Source of the DNA: Octopus sinensis
Lineage: Eukaryota
Reading direction: 5' to 3'
NCBI RefSeq assembly: GCF_006345805.1
Contig: NC_042999.1
Span: 71,982,001-72,046,000, forward strand
Length of the DNA stretch: 64,000 nucleotides
The translations under genes were made by a program, and so were the position numbers. Below, one piece after another: positions 30,387 through 43,800 of this stretch. How positions within the stretch are numbered: the stretch's first letter is position 1; the number at the start of each line of letters is the position of its first letter. Under the pieces are notes generated by a model. That model did no database searches and was not told where the DNA came from. It saw only the letters and a program-made list of their open reading frames with translations.

Positions 30387-31405
30387 TATAGATAGATAGA
30401 TAGATAGATAGACAGACACATGTATATGCATATATGCACATGCACACACAAATACAGATATATAAATATACTTACGCACATTCACATGTACATATATACA
30501 TACATGTATATATGCGTATATAAAACGGCTATTCAAATTTTGAATCCTGTTCAAAAGTATATGATGCCTTGGGAATGTTATTACTCTCTTAACTAAATTT
30601 TCTTTTTTCTTCTGTTGCTTATGTATGTCTTTATAAAGTTCATGTATCACTTTCACCTCTCTGTCATTCTTACTACTCTCCCGGAATGGGTTTGGAAACA
30701 TAACACTGTTGCAATTAAGCAGATAACTCTCTTTTTTTTCTTCGGCTTATAAATTCCCAGGAGTCAATTTCTTTATAAATGCTGCATTAGATGCATAGTT
30801 TTCGAAGAGATTTCAGATGACTGCTAATTGAATGAGAGCTTGTTTAATAACAGGTTATAATAGAATAAAGCTGACTGCAGCACTTTAAACGCTCCATACA
30901 AACTATCAGCCACGCACATTCTATATTAATTCTCCAATATTCTCACAAACAACTACGCAAATTTATTAGCACACGCACACACACATATACATATAAACAG
31001 ATAAAGATAACTGAAAAATGAAGGAGGAATTGTTTATCTATGCAGTGCTGTCGACACAAATATAGATGAAAGACATGAAGAACAGTTAAAGTATCTTGTA
31101 TGTCCAATAAATCATAAGTTAGTGGTTTCGAAAATCTATGTGTTCAATACAAAACTTTATACAGTTTATTATACATAGCGCACATGAAGTATCTATAACC
31201 TACTCAGTGAACAGATCGAAGCAGTGACCATCAGGTCTGAAAACGTAACCAGAGGAGGGCAGATACACGTTGCAGATAGACGTTGTAAAAAATATGAACT
31301 GAATGTGTATCCCTCAGTGAATACGGAATATCTCTGTTCGTAATTGATAATCATTAAACATTCCTAGAATGGAAATCTATTTCAGCTGCATATATTTTGT
31401 CTCTG

Positions 31406-31443
<38 letters not shown>

Positions 31444-31814
31444 TATATGTGTGTGCGCGCGTGCGTGAGTGAGTGCGTGTATGTGTGTGTATGTGTGTGT
31501 GCGCGCGCGTGTGTGTGTGTGTATCTTCTATCTTTTAACTGTTTCAGTCATTATCCTGCAGTCATGCTGGGGTACCGCTTTCAAGGGTTTACTCGAATGA
31601 ATCGATTCCTGTGCTGTTTTCAAAGCCTGGTTCTTATTCTATCGGTCTCTTTCGCCGAACTGCTGAGTTACAGAGACACAAAGACGCCAACACCGGTTGT
31701 CCAGCGGTGGTGAAGGACATAGACACAAACACACACACACAAATATACATACAAACATACATACATACATACATACATACATACTTACATACATACATAC
31801 ATACATACATACAG

Positions 31815-31877
<63 letters not shown>

Positions 31878-32598
31878 GAGATGTTTTGTTATGTAAGTGC
31901 TACAGAAGGACGGCTGTTAAGCTCTCGGTACAATAATAACATGAGTAACGAGTCTAAGGCAGGTTGTGTGTGAACGGGCATATGTTAAATAAAATAAGAT
32001 AACAAGGCCAAGGCAAGTTAATATTCTTAGGACATCTAAAAATAGAAACGTGATCTTACACCTGTTTCAGGGAAATAAATGATATCTCATCATCAGAGAG
32101 GAGTTAAAGGAGCTTCAATAGAAGGAATTTGTAGAGTTCAATTTTTTTAGAAGTTATTCGGGAGAGGGAGAGATATACAAGAAATTTGACATAAAGCAGA
32201 AAGTATAAAAGAAAAATATAAAAATAAAAATAAATGTTGGATGTTAAAGTTGCTGTCCCACTATGGAAGAGCAACTTTCAGCACTGTAACACATACGGTA
32301 TACAGTCTGCCAAATCACCGACTTTGCTTCCAGCCTAATAATAAATGCGTGTCAGTATTACACACACGCATACACGCAGACACGCACATGCACGCACACA
32401 CGCGCTGGTACATACACACACACAATGCAATAATAACTATATTATAATATATAATAATAATAATAATAATAATATATATGCTCCGATTTAAAGTGACATT
32501 TACTTAAATTATTGATTGGAAAATGATGAGCTAACCCAGGTCAGATTCGAACCCATTTCCATAGTTGCTGTTTCTCCGTAACTTACAAAGCCTTCGGG

Positions 32599-32678
<80 letters not shown>

Positions 32679-33927
32679 CGAGGGGCGTTCAATAAGTAAT
32701 GCCCCTGATCCACTTCCCATAGCAGTAGAGCAACGAAACTTGGCACAGTTATTAGTCTTTTTCTACATAGGAACAACCCAGAGTTACACATTTCTCCCAT
32801 CTTTTGATGCAGCTCTGGAGACCGTTTTCGTAGAAGACCCCAGCTTGGTCCTCCAACCACGACGTGACTTCAGAAATCAAGGCTGCATCATCTGGGAAAC
32901 GCTTTCCTTTCAAAAACAACTTCATGGCTGGGAAGAGGTGAAAAACAGAGGGTGCAAGGTCAGGAGAGTAGGGGGATGGGGGAAGAGTTCATAGCCACAC
33001 GCCTGTGCTTCTGATCTGGCGACACGCGAGTTGTGGAGCGGAGCGTTGTCCTGCAAGAGGAGAATGCCTTTGCTGATCTTGCCCCGCCACTTGGTTTTGA
33101 TAGCTTCTCTTAATTTCCTCAAAAGTGAAGCATGATAGGCTCCTGTAATTGTGGTCATCACTACTCCGTCCTGGTCCCAGAAGACTGTGAGCATGACCTT
33201 GCCAGCGGAGGGCTGCACCCTTGACTTCTTTGGAGGAGGTGAGTCATGGTGCTTCCACTGCATTGACTGGGCTTTGGTCTCTGGATCATAGTGATGGACC
33301 CAGGTCTCATCCCGTGTAATCAGTCTTTTGAAAAATTTCGACTCATCTTCTTGGCACATCCCTAAATTCGAGCACTCGACGCGTTCTTGCTTCTGGAAAA
33401 GTGTGAGCAACCTGAGAATCCATCTGGCAGACACTTTTTGCATATGCAAATGGTCGTGAATGATAGTTTCCACAGACCCGGTACTAATCTTGACCTCATG
33501 GGCTATTTGGCGAATAGTTATCCGTTGATCTTTCAAAATGGCAGCCTCAACTTGACGGACAGATGCCTCATCAATGGCAGAAGGGGTGCGACCAGATCTG
33601 GGAGCTGTTTCCACAGAGCTCCGACCTTGTTTGAATTCACGATGCCAGCGTTTTACAAGGTCATATGATGGGGCATCATCACCATAAGTTACTTTCATTT
33701 CATCAAAAGTCTCCTGTGGTGTGCGTCATTTCAAATACAAAAACCGGATCACTGCTCAACAGGCTCCATTTCCCACTTGACTCATTTCAAACATCTGTAA
33801 ATCAGATTAGTTCGGAGCTGTAATTTGCTATGTAATCTATAGAAATATAAATAATTGCACATGCAAAATTTCAGCTAGATCAAACAAAGGCAAGTGGGTC
33901 AGAGTCATTACTTATTGAACGCCCCTC

Positions 33928-34022
<95 letters not shown>

Positions 34023-34222
34023 CATACATACAGAGAGGTAGAGATAAATAGATACATATGTACACATACAAACATATACACGCACACACAGACGCACACA
34101 TACACACATACTCACACACACACAAGCACACATACACACATACGCACACACACACAAGCACACAAGCACACAAGCACACACAAACACACGCACAAACGCA
34201 CACACAAATACACACACACACA

Positions 34223-34273
<51 letters not shown>

Positions 34274-37200
34274 GCTCACACACACGAATATTTACCACAT
34301 GAGCGAATCACCAACCGCATAGATAGAAGTAACAAAAGAATTCATAATATTTCATTCTGCCCTTCTATTTGATCTGGTGTGTTCAGACCAAAAAGAATTA
34401 GAGAGGAAATATATTAGATATTTTTCATCACAGAGGAAGATTTAGCTGCAGTGACTGAATATAGTAATAGCAGAACAAATGCTTCGTGCCATTTATAGAG
34501 CACCGCTATCGAGATCGACTTTATACCTTTCATCTCTGCGATGGTGATAATATAAGTATGCCATCATGGAACTGACTTCTATTTAATCATCAATGCTCCT
34601 GGCCTTACACACGTTTGAACTTAATTTTTCTCACTAATTCAGTTTCATAACACAATCGTATATCTTTCGAACTACGTTGGTGTTGTATAGAAACCATTTA
34701 AGAAGTTATTATGTAATGTTGATGAAATACATTCAAAAGATGTGCTCATGTACACATTAACACGCACACACACACACACACACATACACTAACAAGTATC
34801 TCTGTGTTTATGTGAATGCAGTATGCCCGAATGGTTTAGAAGGTCACTTTGTAAATTTAGCGATGTCTCCATTTCAATCCTGCTGCGGGATATTTTGTCA
34901 TTTTGCATAGACTGGAGTTATTCATTACGTTGTCAAAGGAAATAAAAAGAGAAAAATATATACAGAAGCCCGCTGGATGGATCACCCCAATTATTTAATA
35001 TTACAGACTCTGCCTGAGAAGAAAGCGGGGAGGTATCTGTTGAATGCTCAACTGTTAATACATTACTATAGTAAGTACAGTGATTCATTTGACTAAACTA
35101 GTGAATCTCATCGAAAATGAAATTCATCAATAAATAATATACATATATATATAGTATATAGGCGCAGGAGTGGCTGTGTGGTAAGTAGCTTGCTAACAAC
35201 CACATGGTTCCGGGTTCAGTCCCACTGCATGGCATCTTGGGCAAGTGTCTTCTGCTATAGCCCCGGGCCGACCAAAGCCTTGTGAGTGGATTTGGTAGAC
35301 GGAAACTGAAAGAAGCCTGTCGTATATATGTATATATATATGTGTGTATATGTCACTGTCTAATGATTAGAGCAAGTAAAATAGTGATATATATATATAT
35401 ATACAAAATTTAGAGGACTGGCCACTAAAAGTGGACAGCCTATATGCTAGATATAGACGTCAAAATCGCCATTTTCCACGAAGAATGTGTTCTCAAGAAA
35501 AAATTCAGCAAAAAAAAACAAAGCGTAAACATAAGCAAGATAAATGAAAATATACGAAATAAAAAACGATTACCTATGTACTAATTAGTTTCACTTGTTA
35601 ATATTTACGTATATGGACACGTAAACATCCGCAAGATCATCAGCATAGTCTGTCGTTTACAACACATAATTTCCAGAAGTAGATACAGAACGCGCAGCAG
35701 AAATCCATTATGTATAATGTTCTACAATTTATATTTATGTGTATCTTTCACTTGCCTTCACTTTGGCGCGCTGTCAAATTACCAGCTAGAGAACATTTTT
35801 TATTTAAAATTAAATAAGGCGCAGGAGTGGCTGTGTGGTAAGTAGCCTGCTTACCAACCAAAAATGACTAGACACAACAGACATATATAAAAAGTTGAAG
35901 GAACGAGCAACCTCCGGAATTCGAAACCCCAAATTCAAACTGCTGTACACCTCAGCTCAATTCTGATCAAGCGAAGAAAATATGTTAAGAAATGTAAAAC
36001 ACAACTAAATAGCCAATAACAACATACTAAAATGAGACATTTCTATTCACGAAAAATGACTTGACACAACTGACATAAATCAAAATTTAAAGCAACGGGC
36101 TGCCTCCGGGTTTCAAAACCTTAACACCAAATTTCTGTACAACACCTGCATCGTCTCAAATACCACTTTCTCACAAAATCCTAGGCTCAACTACTTTATT
36201 ATTTTTTTTTCTGGTTCACACTCGAATATATTATACACCTTCATAGAAATAGTTCCACTCCTAAAAAATATATCGACCTGCAGAAAAGCTCAATCCCAGA
36301 TCCTGCAAGAATACCGAGAAAGGTTCTAGGCATTTGAAGAAACTTGTCGCTAAACCTCAACACAACATCACCGCTAATATAGTATTTAATAGTTGTATAA
36401 TAACAACATTAAAATAGTATATTAGAAATATTTAATTAGTTCTGATACTTTAGGTAAAATACACTTTTTCAATAGTGTTAAGAAAGTGAGAGGATATAGC
36501 GGAAAATGCCCCATTTATTTACCATGCCTGTTTGTATGTGTAGATGAAAGTTATAGTTGAAAGGACTTTGCGTTTGCATGAGGCTTAGGGTTTACAATCC
36601 GCTATAGCTAATTTCGATATACCTTCTTCAAGAGGGGTTAATAAGGTGAGTATGAATCGGTTATTTAGGTTGATTAAGCAGGTTACATTTCCTTCCCAAA
36701 TTTGTTACCGTGTATATATGTTTCAAATCCTTATTCCATGCTTTAAATTTCACGTCGAGGTGTTCATCTTTAATAATTCTATATTACAGAGATATATCAA
36801 ATAACATGCTGATTACTATTGGAGAGAATGTTTTCCACGGACTAACAAATTTACATACACTGTAAGTAGATTAATATCTCTTTCAAAATCTCTTTCAAAT
36901 CTCTGTTACAACTCAAGGTAAGTTATATTTCGAACAACATTTCAATGTTTAGAAACGAACTGGGCAATAAAGCAATCATGCAAATTGCCATGAAGTATTT
37001 TGGTTGAATAAATGCCAATACCAAAGTCTCTTTATTTCTTTACTACCCACAAGGGGCTAAACACAGAGAGGACAAACAAGGACACACAAACGGATTAAGT
37101 CGATTATATCGACCCCAGTGCGTAACTGGTACTTATTTAATCGACTCCGAAAGGATGAAAGGCAAAGTCAACCTCGGCGGAATTTGAACTCAGAACATAA

Positions 37201-37827
37201 AGACAGACGAAACACCTATTTCTTTACTACCCACAAGGGGCTAAACACAGAGAGGACAAAGAAGGACAGACAACTGGTACTTAATTTATCGACCCCGAAA
37301 GGATGAAAGGCAAAGTCGACCTCGGCGGAATTTAAACTCAGAATGTAACGGCAGACGAAATACAGCTACGCATTTCGCCCGGCGTGCTAACATCTCTGCC
37401 AGTAAAAGAGTAAAAGGATAAAAGAATAAAGCTTATTCAAATTTTCGAAATTTTCAAATTATTATGGAGATGTACTCGCATAGCAAGTAATTTGATCTGA
37501 GATCGTGTGCTGAAACGAAAACAATTGCAGCGTGGAAGGTGTTTATAAGCCATTTAAGAAACACACAAAAGCCGTTCGATTCACTCCAACATTTAAGTTT
37601 AATTTGTCAAAATATTTTCGTCGCTAAAATCCGCGACCTGTTCACTGACAAAGTCCGTGCTGCATCTCCGAGATGCAGCCCGGATTTTGTCAGTGAACAG
37701 GTCGCGGAAAAGTTCCATCATAGAAATAGAAGCTTAATCATGCAATGGTTTCAATATTGGTATGTATGTATGTATGTACAGATGTATGTATGTGAGTATG
37801 TATGTACATATGTACGTATGTATGTAC

Positions 37828-37858
<31 letters not shown>

Positions 37859-40800
37859 TGTATGTATGCATGGGTATTTATGTCAGGTCACTTTTTCAGT
37901 GCTACTGGTAACATGTAACCCAGTACAATTTGTTGCATGGTCGGGTCGTCGGCGATTAAACCGGCAACCCCAACAAGCTGGCTTGGTGAGGAGGGTGTTT
38001 ATTGGACACCCTGCGGGATGAAAAACAAAACCCGTCAAAGGGCAGAGGAGCTTTTGAGAGTCAACGGCCATCCAATAAATGTCTGAAGGCTGTATCATGC
38101 GCGGGGACATAGAAATAATCGGACTGAATACCCGATCGCGCGGTTAAACCATTGGGAGTGAAGGACTCCTAGCCTTTGTTAGGGCATCCTTCTAGGAGAA
38201 GGTAACTCAGGTAACTGGGATAACTCCGACTTAAAATCTGCGGTTCAGTGGTTACCGATGATTTTGACTTGTTCTTCTTTTTGGATTATGGCTGCTGTTG
38301 CTTAGTGAGTGGGATTAACTCAGTGCACAGCGTTTCCTCACTTTAAAAAAGTCTTCTTGCACAGGTATTGCACGATAACAACATTGATTAAGCTTCGTGC
38401 AATGGCCATACTCGATAACGAGGGGGCAGCTACCATGCGTATTTATGTATGTCATGATTCAGTTTTATTTTAAGATTTCTTCCCGGGAAAGAGCCAATTT
38501 CAAACCTAGATTCAAGGCTACTTCATTCAGGTATTTTTATTTTTATGTATGTATGTATGTATGTATGTATGTATGTATGTATGTATGTATGTATGTATGT
38601 ATGTATGTGTTGCTTTATGTATGTATGTATGCATGTATGTTTGTATGTATGTATGTATGTATGTATGTATATACAGGGTTCGCCGAAAGTCACGTGACAG
38701 TAAATCGAAACCATTTAATTCCAAGATTTATTTATGTCTAACAACTGAATGAATTTAATATAAACAGTTAAATATGAAACATCATAAAAAGTACATTATT
38801 TGCATTTGATGGATATTTGTTCTCATCGTGTTTATTGTAAATAATGAACATAATTCCTTATCTCTAAATATAGAACTGTATTATCATGAAAATTGTTCAA
38901 ACTGAATTCCTTCTTGAGCGATAAACTTTTCCATTCGAGTCAATATAGAATTACAGATAGTATTTGTGGAATTTTGATTCACTATCAGGCGAATTTTGAC
39001 CAACGCTGTACGTATATGTGAAGATTTGTATGTTTTTATGTATGTATGTATGCATTCTCATACACATAGTTGTATATCTAGACATACTCATATATATTTA
39101 AGTGATAAACTTCCGGAAAGTTCTACAGATTTTTAAGTGATGGATTAGATCTGTAGTCTACAAATTAGGTTTTTCCTTTTCTGGTTTTGAGAAGCATAAT
39201 TTCTCAAGATTGATATTTAAGTAGTGTGTTACATATCGCAGGGCCCCAATAATTACAGAAATAAACCTGAACTCGTAGTCTTAATAATTTCGAAAATTTG
39301 AATAAGTTTTGTTTATCGTTAGAGAATTTGGTACTAGCATTCATCCAACCAAAACACTTCTTCAGAGGAGAGCATAGCAATTTTTATGATTGCTTTACAG
39401 CCCAGTGCTATCCTAAACATTGAAATGTTCGAAATATAAATAGCCATGTCTTTACATGGCATACAAAACTATTTTAGTTTGGGTTTCAGGTAATGTATTC
39501 GCTTAATCTAAGCGTGCTTTTCGGTTTCAAGTTAACGTTTTTCATATCGCCCGAAAAATTAAAACAACATCATTTGAATATTCTCTCCTCAAGTTCACAG
39601 TAAAAACGTAATATTTAATGTGACTAGGATCACCTTAATATCAACCTGGATAGAGTAACTGCAGATTTCTCAATAGTTCTCTTTTTCATTGATCTTCAGC
39701 TTTGTGTTAACATCCGCTGGGCAGCTAATTTCCACAGTTTCTCTTCTGTATTCCAAATTATTATATCAAGTATGTTGTGCTTACATTTTATCGAGGTCTT
39801 CACTGGGACATTCCACCAAAACTCCTTTTTATGTGTGTATGTATGGGTGGATGGATGCATGTATGCATGCATAGCTGGATGAAATAATATGTGTGTAAAA
39901 GTATTAATATGAGAAGATAAATTGAACAGGCTTTATTATAAGTCACTACAATTGTTTCTACGCATCATTACCCTCTGTTCATTGCTGAAGTAACACTGTA
40001 TTAATATCACTCAGCAATAGTAGAATGTAAATAGTGCTAGCTGTTGACTTTATTCCCCCGAAAGAAGGCATATGCTACTATTGCTGAGTGATATCAGCGC
40101 AAAGCTATTTATAATATAGTTAACATTCAGCAAGGAATATATGGTAATGATGCGTACATACATATATTTTCCCCCACATCAACTGTAACGAATTTGCCTT
40201 CAGAAATTGAAATAAGTCACAAATATATTTTAACTAACCCACAGTTCGTATATTCATCACTACTTGACGTTGATGGTGCTAAATATACATATAGTTCAAA
40301 TATATATAGAAACAATATGCTACGAAATGAGACGAGTGTAAGAGTAATAACTAGTGTGTATTAGTTTGATGCTCAGAAGAAATGGAAAAAGTCTTTGACG
40401 TTTCGAACCCACGTTCTTCTACAGAAATAAATGAGGACAAAAAATAGATGAGGAGAGAATGTATATGCATATCTTTGCGCATATTTATATACTACATATA
40501 TACATAGCTACATACACATATACACACATATGTGCCATATATATATAAAGACATACATATAACACAGACACATACATACATATGTGTGCGTATGAGTGTG
40601 TGTGCATAACTTTTACAAGAAGGTTGTCAGTAACGTCGATGTCCTGGCCTGCTAGCTTTCCTTATACAGTATAAGTAAGGCCAGCAGGCCGAAACTTCGA
40701 AGTCGTTGTCACCCCTCTTCTTGTAAAATTAATAAGCATGTCCTCTACTAAAGAGTATTGAATAATTCTTCAGCTTAATGTTAAATTGTTCTCATATATA

Positions 40801-43800
40801 ATTTGACATAAACAAAAGCATTTCTCCAAACCATACGCTAACACTGCTCTCTTCTTGCGAGGAAGCATTTGAAAACGTATAGTTTCCCTTAGTGCTTTAT
40901 AAAGTATTATTTTTACTCTTTAAGCTTTTTTTTTTTATAACAGTGAGATACATTTATGCTTCCGTATATACACAATTTAACAGGTTCAATTTTCGTCTTA
41001 TCCATAATAACATTACTTCTGTCTGACTTCAATATAATGGCGTCACTAACTAACAAGAGAGCTTTTTCACAGTTTCCAATTCTGTATACATTGCCGTCTT
41101 TAAGAGAAAACACTGAATTGAATAAATTGTACCCCGAAGGACACTGATTAAAAAGCAAAAGATAGTTACGACTAGGATACCTTTGATCATAGCTTCATTA
41201 GATTGATTTGGGACTAAACAGGAAAAATATTATGTATATTACTTTTTTATATCATTTATTTACTGAGATATAAATTCGATATAGTTGATAAATTTTGATA
41301 AATGTATGAATTGCCTAGAGGTTCCGTTACCTCACAATTGTATTTCATATATTTATTTTCTATGTTTGGCTTCGAGTTAAAATGCTTTTAAATTGAATGC
41401 GATACATGTTTGGTTTTAATCATTTTATTCACAACGTCTATTTTACTTCTGACCAATTTTTATCACTTCAGTTGTCTCGGTGTAGTGATTTATATAATAG
41501 GTTTATTTTTCTATTAACTCTTTAAACCACAGTTTGTGAAATCAATTCGTATAGTATAAAACCCGGTAGAGAAGTACGAGTGGAAGCATATGGCTTAGTG
41601 GTCACGGTGTTGAAGTCATGATCGAAAGATTGTGGTTTCGATTCCTGGACCGGGGGACGCACTGTGTTCTTGAGCAAAATATTTCATTTCTCGTCATTAC
41701 GAGCGTATATGAATCGAGAAGGAACTTAGAGAAGTATGATGATATTTGGATAAATATTACCGACGGTATTGAACTACCATCCACCACAAATGTCTTCTAT
41801 ATAATTGGCTGTGTTTGCTAACAGAGAAAAGAGACCAAAGAATCTTGCTGGCATTGTAAAACAATATTGTAGCAATGTTAAGCCAAATGTATTTTAATAT
41901 TTGCCTTGTTATCTTGCAAATTTAAATGCAGTCAAAGAGACAGGTGAGCACTGTAACGAGAAAAGCAAACTATATACACTTGTGAATATCATGACATGGA
42001 TCTACTGAGGTAGGTGTTATCTGCTATGAAGAGAAAGAGTGAATAAAATAACACATTGCTATCATAATAAAAATGAAACAATCAGAAACAAGGAGAGACT
42101 TGCCTGTATCAAGTAAATCAGCCAATTATCGAAAAATTAGCGTTTGTGATTATTTTCTGATTAGTTAAAACAACACAAATGACAAAGGTAAACCTCAGTA
42201 CAGGAGGGCTAGCTACAGGCTTGAAAGACAAATAGGTGCCAGTTAAAACGCAAGAGCAAAAGTTCTGAAAAAATATTAACTAGCGATATTGTTTATGGGA
42301 TTAATGCATTAGTATTTTGATTTGTATGAAATATAATGGCAGACATTATGCCATACCTTCTTCTAATCACATAAAAACACAGATTGAAGTAGAATTTCAT
42401 TTATAAAAGCGATAATGAGTTTAAAGAAGGGCAGACCCATACCTTTTAAATTATAGTTAGTACTATCATAAAATTTCACATTCACCAACAGCATTATTTT
42501 AACAGGTTAACAGGTTAATTTTAGTACTATGCATGTTTCTGTTTGTCGTTGTTCTTTTGCCTTGCCCAGGCCAACTCAAATCTAGGACTGCTATTCTTAG
42601 CAGGTCGATCGAATACATAGACGTTCGGTCTTAGCTTGTTGGTAGTCGTGATTTAGGGAAGTGGAGTGAATAATGGACTGGAGACAGATTTCAGTAAGTA
42701 TTAAAGTGTTTAAAAGGTTGGGTTTTGTTAACGTTAAGTAGTGCAAGTGGTTTTATAAGCTCGATATGGATGTTAATATTCGTTTACATAATTAAATAAA
42801 TATTATGCAACAGTAACTTTAATGTAATTATTGAAATATTGCCTCGCCAGTAAATTTGTTTATATTGACGTAAGTAACGCGACACCTAATAGCTACTCAC
42901 ACGTACAAGAAGTGCGCGTTGTATTTCGTTCGCATAACTCTGACAACATGACATGCTTCTTATCAAATATATTTAGTTCCATATAGTTGGGCGGCGGCGA
43001 ACTGGCAGAAACGTTAGCACACCGGGTGAAATGCGTTGCCGTATTTCGTCTACCGCTACGTTCTGAGTTCAAATTCTGCCGAGGTCGACTTTGCTTTTCA
43101 TCCTTTCGGGGTCGATAAATAAAGTACCAGTTTCGCACTGGGGTCGATCTAATCGACTTAATCCGTCTGTCTGTCCTTGTTTGTCCTCTCTGTGTTTAAC
43201 CACTTGTGGGTAGAAAAGAAATAGGTATTTCGTCTGTTGCTACGTTCTGAGTTCAAATTCCGCCGAGGTCAACTTTGCCTTTCATTATCTCGGGGTCGAT
43301 AAATAAAGTACCAGTTTGGCACTTGGGTTGATGTAATCGACTTAATACCTTTGTCTGTCTATGTTTGTCACCTCTATGTTTAGCCCCCTGTGGGCAGTAA
43401 AGAAATATATATATTTATTTTTATATAGTTACAGTGTTATTGATGTATACGTCTATAACATTCAACAATGATTTTACTAAGGAATGTCAATGTCACAGGC
43501 GACTACATAGCTAACCTGAAGAGCATATTAGATCACGCAATGAAGGTACTCTTCGGTCGGGGATTACCAAGACAGGTTGCTACCAGGTGTTTCTTGAGGC
43601 ATAAGAAAACTTTTACATACTCTTCGGTCCCGCATGATGTATGAAGATGGCACTGGTGATGTTTCATTTCATGAGCTTATACGTAGCGGCTATTGGAATT
43701 TACGATGTGCCTTGTTGTAGAATTAGGATTTTCGGTTTATTTGTTTTCTCCTAATGGATTATAGACGTGGCTGCTTTTAGAATTACTTATTGCACTCTTA

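Noticed and set aside
35161-35240. tRNA genes (also 41582-41650 and 52051-52115)
   Set aside because: A and B boxes are present but no full cloverleaf was evident, and they run into SINE bodies
35861-36150. Two diverged ~95-bp direct repeats about 190 bp apart
   Set aside because: Low identity and no termini found; probably internal repeats of an old element
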